The position numbers and the translations under genes were made by a program. The notes beneath the pieces were generated by a model. The model did not search any database and was not told the DNA's origin. It saw nothing but the letters and a program-made list of their open reading frames with translations. A DNA stretch of 64,000 bases, taken from positions 160,001 to 224,000 of the forward strand of contig CAWDYW010000001.1 in the NCBI GenBank assembly GCA_963806855.1, in the 5' to 3' direction. Shown in pieces: positions 49,268-59,610 of this stretch (position 1 is its first letter; every line of letters starts with the position of its first letter). The stretch comes from an uncultured Verrucomicrobiae bacterium (GTDB lineage Bacteria; Chlamydiota; Chlamydiia; Chlamydiales; Rhabdochlamydiaceae).

Positions 49268-51123
49268 TGTGCGCTAGCGATGTCGCCATGATAAGGAGCG
49301 ACAATCTGTTCTGCTTCCTTCAAGTATAGGGCTTTTCCGTTTTCAAGGAAATGCTCGTAGCAGATTTTAGAGAGCGATTCGGCCCAGAGTTTTTCTAAGG
49401 AGCGGCCGCCGGCAGCTGCCTCTTTGAGCGAAATGCGCTTGCGGATGTTGACCAATTTGTCGCGGTTTTTCCCTTGGATAAAGAGGGTGAGGTCGCAAAG
49501 CTCATCGACGGTCCCGGTGATCACATAGGGTTGACCGGCGAACATTGGGGGAAGGAAATTGCCATTAGGATGCAATTCAACATGGGCACTCGAGGCTGAT
49601 GGGGAGACTTCGATCGTCGGATTTTTGACGATGGGGTTGTGGAGGTTTTTCACGAGCTGGACCATTTTACGTGGGAAGCCTGCGTTAGTGTCGGAGTAGA
49701 GGAATTTACCGGCCGATGCATAGCTGAGGAGATCGAGGAGGACAAGGTTGTTTCCCTTGCCGGCCGCAGCGGTATAGAAATGGATATTCTGATCACCCTT
49801 TTCCACCAGTTGATTCATCAATTTCTTTTGCCTTTGGGCGCTTTGGAGGCAGTTGCCATCAGTGAGGAAGATGAAGGAGTGGAGTTCGTCAGGTTGGCAA
49901 TTGGCGGGCAAGAGGCTTTCTAAAGTACGGTAGGGCTCTTTGCCGTTTTGCCTCTCTTCGAGAAATTCTTCGGCCATCGCGATGGTCTTGGGGCTGACAG
50001 GGAGATTTTTTTCTGAGAGTTTTGTCACCTGTTTGTCTATGAAATAGACGTTGAAGCTGTCTCCTTCGCAGAGGGCGGCAAGCGAGCGCTGCACTGCCAT
50101 TTTGAACCGGCTCAGCTTATGCTTTTCGATGGAGCTACTTCGGTCGATCAAGAAGTAGAAATTTTGACGCATCCCCTCAGTTTTTTCTTCCAATTCGGGA
50201 TGCAGGGTCAGCGAGAAAATATATTTGTTCGTCGCTGGGTCGGGCATAAAGGTGACATCGATGTCGAGATCTTCTTGCCAGGTGAGGTTACTCGCCACTT
50301 TCTCGAGCCCATAGTAGTCGAGATCAGGCAGGGTGATCTCAGCCATGCTCCGATTGATCCATTGGGTCCGTAAATAATCGACCGCATTGGGGAGGATCAG
50401 CTGGGGTGCGGTGCTCTCTTGCAGGTCTGTAAAGAGGTGCTCGGCAGCTGTTGGTTGATCTTTGGAGGCGATTTTGAGATTTTTTAGCGATTGGACTAGC
50501 TGGGGTGTGAGCTCTTCTATTTGTGTAGTGGGCAGGGCGCCGGGCGAGAACTGCTCATCGGTCATGGTGTAGTCATCTTCGGTAGTTTGGGCGATCGGAG
50601 CAAGTTCAGTGGGGAGGGTGGGAAGAGCCAGGGTTGCGACAGGCTCTGGGAGGCAAGATTCAGGAGGCTGCTCAAGGGAGCTGTCAAGGGCGAAATCGGC
50701 GAGCTCGGCTTCCCTAAGAGGATCGAAGAGAGGGGGCATAGTGGTGGCAAATTCAGAGACGGGAGGCTCAGCTACAAACAGATCCTCTTCGCTGGCGATG
50801 GGGAAGTTGGCGGTTGGGATTGGATCGCTCTTTTGGGGCTCTTCTTGGGCTACATCTTGATGCGGTTTAGAAAAATGGGCAACCGCAATCACCTGATTAA
50901 GCGATTCTTCGAGCGCTTTTTCCATTTTTTCGACGAGCAGCTCAGAGCCATCTTTGGAAAGCATCTTAGGATCGGGAGCCGACTTCATCGAGATCGCCTG
51001 GTCTTGCCGCTTCAAAGTGAAGGGATGGGAGTGGATAACCCACACGGCGCCGCAATGCATCGCGACGGAGGCCGAGAGGCAGAAGATCAGTAAGGGTTTG
51101 CGGATCTCTCCAAACTTCATCAT
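49264..51123 (-). CDS. Membrane-anchored von Willebrand factor A domain protein
   Basis: N-terminal TM, acidic Pro-rich linker, MIDAS motif FLIDRSSS...FLTDG. Confidence 0.8.
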   Translation of the reverse strand: MMKFGEIRKPLLIFCLSASVAMHCGAVWVIHSHPFTLKRQDQAISMKSAPDPKMLSKDGSELLVEKMEKALEESLNQVIAVAHFSKPHQDVAQEEPQKSDPIPTANFPIASEEDLFVAEPPVSEFATTMPPLFDPLREAELADFALDSSLEQPPESCLPEPVATLALPTLPTELAPIAQTTEDDYTMTDEQFSPGALPTTQIEELTPQLVQSLKNLKIASKDQPTAAEHLFTDLQESTAPQLILPNAVDYLRTQWINRSMAEITLPDLDYYGLEKVASNLTWQEDLDIDVTFMPDPATNKYIFSLTLHPELEEKTEGMRQNFYFLIDRSSSIEKHKLSRFKMAVQRSLAALCEGDSFNVYFIDKQVTKLSEKNLPVSPKTIAMAEEFLEERQNGKEPYRTLESLLPANCQPDELHSFIFLTDGNCLQSAQRQKKLMNQLVEKGDQNIHFYTAAAGKGNNLVLLDLLSYASAGKFLYSDTNAGFPRKMVQLVKNLHNPIVKNPTIEVSPSASSAHVELHPNGNFLPPMFAGQPYVITGTVDELCDLTLFIQGKNRDKLVNIRKRISLKEAAAGGRSLEKLWAESLSKICYEHFLENGKALYLKEAEQIVAPYHGDIASAQ

Positions 51124-53805
51124 TCTTTTGTTAATTCCAGCTTAATTCTTTTTATGCGATCTAATAAATAAGGTTGCAAATTGTCTTTGTTTTGCAAAAG
51201 CAGATTGACTGTTTCAAGCGCTTTTTGCTGACATTCTTTGGCTTTCGAGCCTCTATTTTTTGTTCTGAGCACTTGGGCTTCGTATTTCAACATCTGCGCT
51301 TGGGCATATTGCATATAGGCATTGAAGATCGCATTCTTTTCAGGATGCTGCTGCCGTAGGATGGTGTACTCTTGGGTAATCGGGTCTTCCAGATTATTGA
51401 AATCGTCGACCATTCGCTTGTAGAAGAAATGGCTATTTTTGGCTTCTTCTTCGGGCGCAGCCATATTACAACGGATCTCGGCATACTGGAGAGCTGCTTC
51501 GAGGTGGATAGGCTCGGCGAGCAATTTCTTCTGAATTTGGAGGTCTTTTAGATCGTGCAGGATCGCGATGATGTCTGAATTGTCGCTTGTCCGACTGATC
51601 GGGTTGATTTGGCTGTATTTCAATTTGGCCAGATGGAGCTGAGCCGTATTGGTGACAATCGATGTGCTTCTTTCGCCAGGTTTGGCCAGCTCGGTATAAA
51701 GTTTAATTGCTTGCGCTGCTTCCCCATCGGCCTCATAGGCGCGGGCGAGTTCGAGGGTGGTCCGTCGTTTGAGTTTCCATGGAAGGTCAGATTGGCTCTC
51801 CTGGCTACGCTCAAGTTGCTGAAGAAGGGCAATCCGGTCCCTTTTCTCATTATAAAGACCGAGCAGATGGGCAAATTTGAGCACTTCAACTTCTAGCTGA
51901 GGCGAAATGGTCTCGATTAAGTTGATATAGAGCTCTTTGGCTTTGTCGTAATCGCGCCCACTGACAGCCTGGTTGTAGTAGTAGTTCGCCAGCCAGATGT
52001 AGTTTTCGAATTTGATCGACCTATCTTTCCAGGCGCCGGAGGCAAAGAGGTGATCGGCTGAGCGGCCATAGAAATAGTCCTTATCTGTTACCTCTGTCTC
52101 CCCTTTTGCCAGATAGACATTGAAGAGTTCCAAATGGAGCAGCCCACTTTCGGGAAGTTTGGGATTGTGTTTAAGGGCCATCTCCCCATGGTGGATGAAG
52201 AGACCCGCGTCGCCCGACAATTTCTTTTGGCAGATCGCCATCAATAGATGGGCCTCTGCCAAGAGAGAGCGATCGGCTACTGTACTAAGGTAGCTTGAGA
52301 TCATGGGGGCTGCTATTTCAAATTGTCCCAGTTCGCATTGACATTTGAACATCGCAAGCTGATATTCCTCTTTCTCTTTTTGGCTGAGGGCATCGTGCTG
52401 GAGCGCTCCTTCAACAGCCGATACAAAAGTTTGCTTCTCGCCGCCACTTTTTAGCTCTTCGATGCTGCAGTTGAGTAGATGGCGCCAGGCAGCATTGACC
52501 CGCTCGCTAGCAGGATATTGCTCGATGAAATTCGAGAACATCTCGCGGGCTTCATTCCAATGATCAGTTTGCGAAAGGAGGACGGCGCAGTCATATTGAG
52601 CTGCTTCAGCTTCTTCGGGGTAGGTAGCGATCAGAGTCTTAAGATCGGTCACTGCCTGCTCGAGATTGCCGCTATCACGGTTCAATTGAGCATGGATCAT
52701 CAGCACCTTAGCGGCCTCAGCATCCTTGGGGAAAATCGTCTGATAGGAGTAATAGGTGCGCTCTAGTAGACCGACATCCTTTAAATGGCGGGAGCAGTTA
52801 GCCAGAAGCAAGAAGGCTGTTTTAAGCTCTTTTGACTTCTCTTTATTGACTTTGATGAAATTTTCAAGAGAGAGAACCGCCTGATCATATTTGCCCATGG
52901 CGTAGTAGGCGCGCCCTTCATAGAAATTCAGCAGGGGGATCTTCTGATTGGGCATCAGCGAGATCGTCTCGCTATAGAGACGAAGATAATCTTCGTATGC
53001 TTTCCGCTTGGTACATGAGGATCAGCGCATTATAAGCGGCTAATCGGGACCGTTTGCCTCCCATTTCATGCACTTTGAAGAAGGTATTGATCGCTTCAAA
53101 TTTATTATCCTTAATTTGCAAAATCCCAGCTTGGAATAGAAACCGCTCCCGATGTTCTGGATATTTTTCGGCAAGCGATATATAAAGTGCAGCAGCTCGC
53201 TCATCTTCGCGCAATAATCGGTGGATTTCAGCAAGAGGAAAGAGGGCCCGATCGCTCAAACTCGTTTGACTTAAAATTTTGTAATGGGGCTTAGCCAGTT
53301 TTAAATAGAAGACCTTTTTCTCCGCGTCATCACTGGCGAGCGCATAACGGAAATAGGCTTCGCTGACCAAATAGCGCACTTTAAGAGGGTCGACCGCTGC
53401 CGATTTATTTTTTTCTTTAAGAAAATTTTCACCTTTTTCTATAACAGGTAGATAATCGCGCATCTCGAAATGGGCTTGAAGATGGTTAAAAAAGATCTTT
53501 TCTACAATTTCAGAATTTTGAATCGACTGGTAGCTGGCAAGCGCTTGTTGAAAATTGTGCTCTTGAAAGTAAAGATCGCCGAGCATCGAATTGAGGGGAT
53601 CGCGCAGAGAGGTGTTTGGATTTTTAGTTAGAAAATCGATTACCTGTCTCTTTACTGTCGCATAATCGCCGTCTTTCCAATATTCGGTAATTCTGCGGAG
53701 CAATAGAGCTTCTTGCGGACTGGCAGTGTCAGCAAAAGCCACGTTTGACAACAATAGAATCGTACAAATAGCCAGAGTGCGAGAGTCGAAGAAGCGATCA
53801 CCCAT
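51120..53805 (-). CDS. Large exported TPR protein; apparent indel ~52990
   Basis: Signal peptide after RBS AGGAGG; TPR-like helical repeats in two consecutive ORFs (52972..53829 and 51120..52955). Confidence 0.75.
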
Positions 53806-53966
53806 TTCTATCCTCCTGAAGAGAAACAACCTTTTTCGTCATTATACAAAGCGCAATTTATAAAGCTAGCATTCAGTAAATTTAATTTTTTACACTTTTG
53901 ACTGCACCCTCAGGATTTACAAGAATTTTGTTAAACGTGTATCATTTTTAATAAACAGGAGTCGCC

Positions 53967-54884
53967 ATGGGTATTCAATTGATGGTCATTGCAGCGTTGT
54001 TCATCGCCATTTCAAATCTGTGTCTTCGACGGAGCATCGATGCCGGTGGAACAAGCAAAGCCTATTTGATGATGCAATTGGTTCTATCCTTTTTTGTGAT
54101 GGTGCTGCTCAATCCTGTTCGCACTGGCGATTATAGCTGGAGCATGCCGATGGCCGTCTTCGGTCTTGCTGGCGGTGTCCTCCTCGCCGGTGTGATGACC
54201 TTTTTAGGCAAAGCTCTTGAAAGTGGACCGCCTGGACTTTCGGTTGCGATCCTCAATTGCTCCTCCGTCATGCCGATTTTGATGCTCGTGATCCTCTTTG
54301 GTTCGCAATATGGATTTTCTTACACCCTATGGAATGCGGTTGGCTCAATCCTCGTCATCCTCGGAATTTGTTGGGCTGGATTGGATGGAGGGCAGGTGGA
54401 GAGCCGCAAAAAATGGCTCATTTTTGTCAGCCTCGCTTTCTTTGCCCACGTTGCGTATCTCGTCTTTTTAAATTGGCGCGCCCTCTTCCTCAATTTCCCC
54501 GGACAAGAAGGGCTCGGATTATCTTTCGGCCCCGAAACTCTCAATAGTCAATGGTTTATGCCAATGGTCTTCCTTTCGGCCGCTCTGATCCAAACCTATA
54601 TCTTCTTCGCCAAGGAAAAGAGAATGCCCAACCGATCTGAAACCATCTACGGTCTTTTTGGAAGCATCGCCAATGGCCTCGGGGCTTTCCTCCTGATCAA
54701 AGGGACCGAAATTGCCTCCCCTCTCGAGCATGCCATGCTCTTCCCAATCTTCTCAGTCACCATCATTCTCGGCTGCAACATCTGGGGACGCCTCCTCTAT
54801 TCCGAGTCGGTCAACTGGAAGGCGAATGCTCTTTGCATTGGCGGCATCCTGATCGGGACCGTCGACTGGAAAGCACTCCTCTAA
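53967..54884 (+). CDS. EamA/DMT family transporter
   Basis: About 10 TM helices in two halves; ALESGPPGLSVAILN. Confidence 0.8.
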   Translation: MGIQLMVIAALFIAISNLCLRRSIDAGGTSKAYLMMQLVLSFFVMVLLNPVRTGDYSWSMPMAVFGLAGGVLLAGVMTFLGKALESGPPGLSVAILNCSSVMPILMLVILFGSQYGFSYTLWNAVGSILVILGICWAGLDGGQVESRKKWLIFVSLAFFAHVAYLVFLNWRALFLNFPGQEGLGLSFGPETLNSQWFMPMVFLSAALIQTYIFFAKEKRMPNRSETIYGLFGSIANGLGAFLLIKGTEIASPLEHAMLFPIFSVTIILGCNIWGRLLYSESVNWKANALCIGGILIGTVDWKALL

Positions 54885-55178
54885 AAGTTTGGCATAGCTT
54901 TTTAGGTTACTATAGACATGTCGGGTTACACGGCACTTCGTGTCCGGTGTCCCCCGCGACCCCCTTGAGCCTCACCTCTCTAAAAGTTTGGCATAGCTTT
55001 TTAGGTTACTATAGACATGTCGGGTGACACAGCACTTCGTGTCCGGTGTCCCCCGCGACCCCCTTGAGCCTCACCTCTCTAAAAGTTTGGCATAGCTTTT
55101 TAGGTTACTATAGACATGTCGGGTGACACAGCACTTCGTGTCCGGTGTCCCCCGCGACCCCCTTGAGCCTCACCTCGC
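54882..55178. repeat. Three tandem 99-bp copies of the left terminus of the large palindromic element
   Basis: TAAAAGTTTGGCATAGC... starts at 54882, 54981 and 55080. Confidence 0.92.
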
Positions 55179-55889
55179 TTCGCCAAATCGCGTCCTCGTC
55201 GGGAGAGTGGACGGAGTCCTACCCTCCCACGCCCCACCCTCCAGACTTCACTGAACCCTAACCCTATTTCTCTAAATTCTTATTTGTGCGGGTTCAATAA
55301 AGCCTAGGGGTGTGGTGCTCTCCTGCGGGTGCGATTTTGCTTTGCGATCTGAGTCCATTGGCTGCTCGAGCGCTCATTCCCGCCGGGACTCCGTCCTTTT
55401 TCGGCGGGAGCCCTTTCGCGTCGCCTCGCAGAACCAATTTAAAAAGGAAAAGCCCACTGTTTTCGGTTTGCGGAATGAGGACAAGTCGGCAGATTTTTTT
55501 TGTATGGTTCTGCGAACTGACGCGAAAGGGGCACCCGCCGAAAGAGGACGGAGTCCCGGCGGGGAATGAGCGCGTGAGCAGCCGATGGACTCAGATCGCA
55601 AAGCAAAATCGTACCGCAGGAGAGCCCGCGCCCACTAGGCCGAAAGAAAACCGATACGTCTTAGAGGGAAAAGGTTAAAATGCGGTTTTCTGGAGGCCTA
55701 GTAGGGTGGGGCGTGGGGGGAACATGACTCCGTCAGGCCCCCCGACGAGGACGCGATTTGGCGAAGCGAGGTGAGGACCTAGGGGGTCGCGGGGGACACC
55801 GGACACGAAGTGCTGTGTCACCCGACATGTCTATAGTAACCTAAAAAGCATTATAATTTATCGGTAAAAAGCATTATAATTAATGGGTA
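55080..55889. mobile_element. Branched palindromic non-coding element (copy L2)
   Basis: Same outer arms and left hairpin as L1; central module inverted; right hairpin different. Confidence 0.9.
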
Positions 55890-55911
55890 ATAGGATGCGG
55901 GCACAGGTACG

Positions 55912-56925
55912 TTAATAGAGGGCTTCGACGCAGTAGGCATCGTAATAGGCGATTAGCTCTTGCCCCTTTTCCCCATTAATATTGCGGAGCTGATCGTAGA
56001 TCTTCAGCGCGCTGGCATTTTCCCCTTTGCGGAAATAGAGTTTTCCGAGGCGAAATAAGATCTCTCCATTTTGGGGATCGATCTTGAGGATTTGTTCATA
56101 TTCCTTCTGCTCGGCGTCGGGGCGATCGAGCTCTTTATAAAGAGCGGCCCGCTGCGCATGGACCCAAGGGTCATCGGGGGCATAGGCGCCGATGATGTGA
56201 TATTCTTCTAATGCCCGCTCGAGGGCCACTTCAAATTTCTTGTGCATCTCTTCCGATTCATATTCGGGAGGAGTCCACAAAAGTTGCTGATTCTGGGCTA
56301 GTTTCTTCGGGTCTTGATAGAGAGCGGCAAGGGAGATGTAATTGTTGGCCAGCGAGCAGTGGGCCTCCAAATCGGAAGGCTCTTTTTTGATGAGCCGTAT
56401 ATGCTCTTGAATCGAAGTGAGCAAGAGCATCTCTTTGAATTTGAGCAGATCTTTCCAGCGGGTCCAGATGAGAAATTTGTCGACTAAATAGGTGAGCGTC
56501 TCCGAGGCGAGAATAAGCCGATTCTCCACGCTCGGAATGCGCAGCTGGCTCATTAAATGGACGATCGATTCGGTGATGCAGCAGTGGTATTCTAAGGTCC
56601 CTGGATCATAGGGGATCGAGGTTTGCGCGGCTTCGATGAATTCATCGCGCAGCTGCATGAGCCGCTCGGGGCGTCTACCCTGAAGATAGAAGAGGAGGAC
56701 CAAATAGGTAAAAACGGTGAGAAAAATTCCAGCCAGCCAAAGGGCCATCGCAATCGATTGGAGAAAGCGGGAGAAGAGGAGCCCAAAAACAATGAGGCCA
56801 ATCGAGAGAGCGAAAATAAAAAAAGTGTGAAAGAGGACATGACTCCGATTAATCGCCGCAAAGCTTTTCGCAAAGGGGGCAACATTGATCGAGATGGACT
56901 GTTGTTTTTGAATCGTAGCTGTCAT
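55912..56925 (-). CDS. Chlamydial TM + TPR protein
   Basis: Two N-terminal TM helices; C-terminal TPRs (PDDPWVHAQ, ILFRLGKLYF). Confidence 0.8.
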   Translation of the reverse strand: MTATIQKQQSISINVAPFAKSFAAINRSHVLFHTFFIFALSIGLIVFGLLFSRFLQSIAMALWLAGIFLTVFTYLVLLFYLQGRRPERLMQLRDEFIEAAQTSIPYDPGTLEYHCCITESIVHLMSQLRIPSVENRLILASETLTYLVDKFLIWTRWKDLLKFKEMLLLTSIQEHIRLIKKEPSDLEAHCSLANNYISLAALYQDPKKLAQNQQLLWTPPEYESEEMHKKFEVALERALEEYHIIGAYAPDDPWVHAQRAALYKELDRPDAEQKEYEQILKIDPQNGEILFRLGKLYFRKGENASALKIYDQLRNINGEKGQELIAYYDAYCVEALY

Positions 56926-56944
56926 GGAGACAATGTATCAAATC

Positions 56945-57352
56945 TCAATAGTGAGTATCAACGGTTTTCTGCATCACCGAGATCACTTTTTTCGAAACGC
57001 CGGCTTGGGTGAGCTCTTGAACATCTTGAGGAGTTAAAAAAAATAGGCTTTCGCTCTTTTCTATAATCTCGATGATTACTCCATCTGCAACGCCTGCACG
57101 GGTTAAATGGATGATATCCTGGGCCTGAAGACGTTGATTTTTGTAAATCTTCTCTAGAGTCTTAGGGTAGTGCCGATCGAGACGATACACATCTTCCTTC
57201 GTCAGCGGCGTTTTAATTTGGGCGATGAGGATCTTCAACTCATCATCCGCTGAGGCGACCAGGGAATTGTGGGCGATGGGTTCTTCTGGCGCGCGCGCCT
57301 GGCAGCTAAATAGAATGAGCAGAAGGACACAGGTCTTGTAAATTTTATGCAT
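56945..57352 (-). CDS. Hypothetical lipoprotein
   Basis: Lipobox-like LFSC; repeated LTxxD...AGV motif. Confidence 0.65.
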   Translation of the reverse strand: MHKIYKTCVLLLILFSCQARAPEEPIAHNSLVASADDELKILIAQIKTPLTKEDVYRLDRHYPKTLEKIYKNQRLQAQDIIHLTRAGVADGVIIEIIEKSESLFFLTPQDVQELTQAGVSKKVISVMQKTVDTHY

Positions 57353-58580
57353 ACTGTTTCCGTTTTAGGCTTAGGGCGGCGATTAAACTAAAGGAGCCGG
57401 TGAGGACATAGAGGGCGTGGATATCGACGTGGGCGATGATCTCACCGATAATCGGTCCAATGATAAAGGCCATTGCGACGATTGATTGGCTCACGCCGAA
57501 GAGAGTTCCTTGAATTGATTGGGGAGATTGGAGGGAAAGTGTCGCAAGACCGGAGGTCCAGCAAATGGCGGCGCAGAGAGCGGCGCTTGAAAAATAGATG
57601 AGGAAAAAAGAAAACGAATGGAAGGGAAGAATCGTTAATAGAAGGAAAAAAGTTAAAAGAAGCAAACCAAAAAATAGGGTCTTAACGGGAGAAAAGAGTT
57701 TGGCACAAATGGGGATGATCACGAAGTTGGCAAATGCCCACAACAGGCCGGCAAAGACGAAGACGTAGGGAATTTGGTTAGCTGTGATCTGATAGGTATC
57801 TGTTAAATAAGTGGAGAGGAACTGTAAAGAGATGCTCCAGCTTAGAGTAAAGAAAAAATAGACGAAGAAGATGTTCCCTATACCCTTCGTCTTTAAAGCA
57901 GAAAAGATGCTTTTAAACCCCCTTAAAAAGTTGAACTTTTCCCCCGACGAGACGAGATGGCTTTCTTTGAAAAAGAAATAAATTAGAATGAAATTAATGC
58001 AAGATAAAAAGGCTGCAATAAATAAGGGTGTTTCAGGGTGATAAGCGCCGTTGAAATCAACATTAGCTAAGATCGTTCCAGCCAAAATAGCGAATACAAG
58101 ACCCAAACTACCGATTGTACCCACCACACCAAAGTTGCGGACCCGATCCTCTTTCGAAGCGGTGATATCGGAGATCGCGGCTAAACAGAGGGTGAGATTT
58201 CCAGCAAAAAAGCCCGAAATAATTCTCCCAGCCCACAGTAGGGGAAATTCTTGAATATGAATGGCCCATCCAGAGAGCAAATAGCCAGTGATTCCTCCAG
58301 AGATGGTCATCATGAAGACTTTTTTCCTTCCGATCGCATCAGATAATTCTCCCAGAATCGGGGCGCCCAGGATGCGAGCAAGAGGAAAAGCAGCGGTTAA
58401 TCCGATCAATATAGCCGTTTTGTGGATAAAGGCGAGCTCTGAACTGAGCAGCTGAAACTGGGGCTTCAAAAGCAACGAGGTGAAAATGGGAAAGATAACC
58501 GCTTGACCAAAATTATCGATGAAATAGGTCAAAAGAATCGGAAAGAATGAAAAGCTCCAGATTGATCTATGAAGGTTCAT
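57345..58580 (-). CDS. MFS transporter (TetA/DHA1-like)
   Basis: Motif A GELSDAIGRKKV, GRIISG, 12 TM helices. Confidence 0.9.
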   Translation of the reverse strand: MNLHRSIWSFSFFPILLTYFIDNFGQAVIFPIFTSLLLKPQFQLLSSELAFIHKTAILIGLTAAFPLARILGAPILGELSDAIGRKKVFMMTISGGITGYLLSGWAIHIQEFPLLWAGRIISGFFAGNLTLCLAAISDITASKEDRVRNFGVVGTIGSLGLVFAILAGTILANVDFNGAYHPETPLFIAAFLSCINFILIYFFFKESHLVSSGEKFNFLRGFKSIFSALKTKGIGNIFFVYFFFTLSWSISLQFLSTYLTDTYQITANQIPYVFVFAGLLWAFANFVIIPICAKLFSPVKTLFFGLLLLTFFLLLTILPFHSFSFFLIYFSSAALCAAICWTSGLATLSLQSPQSIQGTLFGVSQSIVAMAFIIGPIIGEIIAHVDIHALYVLTGSFSLIAALSLKRKQYA

Positions 58581-59290
58581 TCTTCCTTAGCCAATGATCC
58601 CTCTTCTTCTTTAAAGCGATAGCCAACACCACGTACTGTTTCGATCCAGTGGAAATTGGGGCCCAGTTTTTTTCTTAAGGCAGCGATATGGACATCGATA
58701 TTCCGGTCGACGATAAAGGCATCGTCATTATGGATATCATCGAGAAGCTGGTTGCGAGTGAGCACCTTGCCCCTGTTATTGAGCAGCCGCTTCAAGATCC
58801 CAAATTCTGACAAGGTAATAGGCTGGACAAATTCCCCTTTTTTAAGCAGATACCGATCGATATCGAGGGTAAATTCTCCGAAGGCGACGATATTGGGATG
58901 TGTTTCCATCTCCCGATGTCTACGCATGACCGCTTTAATTCTCGAAAAGAGAATCTTCGGCGAAAAGGGCTTTGCCACATAGTCGTCTGCGCCAAGCTCC
59001 AATCCAAGCACCACATCGATCTCATCTGATCGAGCAGTGAGCATGATCACCGGAATGTCGCGCAAATCGGGATTGGCTTTGATCTTGCGGCAGACATCCA
59101 AGCCATTTTGCCCTGGGAGCATCAGATCGAGAATGACCAGATCGGGCTTTTCTCGCTCTACAGCTCGATAGCCATTGATCCCGTCGACCTCAACATGTAA
59201 TTTATACCCTGTCACCTCAGCCTGAAGCTTGATAAGAGAAGCAATATCCTCTTCATCTTCAATCAAAAGAATTCTCTTCTTGTGCGTCAT
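58577..59290 (-). CDS. OmpR/PhoB-family response regulator
   Basis: IEDE, LDLMLPG, GADDYVAKPF, RNIDVHI..LRKK, IETVRGVGY. Confidence 0.95.
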   Translation of the reverse strand: MTHKKRILLIEDEEDIASLIKLQAEVTGYKLHVEVDGINGYRAVEREKPDLVILDLMLPGQNGLDVCRKIKANPDLRDIPVIMLTARSDEIDVVLGLELGADDYVAKPFSPKILFSRIKAVMRRHREMETHPNIVAFGEFTLDIDRYLLKKGEFVQPITLSEFGILKRLLNNRGKVLTRNQLLDDIHNDDAFIVDRNIDVHIAALRKKLGPNFHWIETVRGVGYRFKEEEGSLAKEE

Positions 59291-59310
59291 ACGATCACCC
59301 TTACTTCTTA

Positions 59311-59475
59311 ATACCGAAATTGATTCAAAAATCGGTTTTTTGGCGGGATTGAAAGCTCCCGCGGTTGAGCTATCGACAAGGGGGTTGTATTGAGTTAATA
59401 CTACCCCCTTGTCGATAGCTCAACCGCTGGGCTTTGAACCCGCCCAAAAACCGATTTTTGAATCAATTTCGGTAT
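59311..59475. mobile_element. ~165-bp palindromic MITE-like element (family A, diverged)
   Basis: ATACC...GGTAT ends with the same internal landmarks (AAAAA, GAAAGCT, GCGGTT, GGGTWGTAT...ATACTA) but different stem sequences. Confidence 0.85.
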
Positions 59476-59610
59476 AATCACAGTAAAGCAAGAGTTTGAA
59501 AAAAAAGCACTGGAAAATTTTTACTTAAGGAGGGCACTCATTTTGAGGGGGCATATGCGGGAGGCTAAGATTACCTCCCGAATTTGAGTCGAAAATCGCC
59601 TAAACCTGCG

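Noticed and set aside
54882..55178. Possible CRISPR array
   Set aside because: Head-to-tail 99-bp units with no unique spacers and no cas genes
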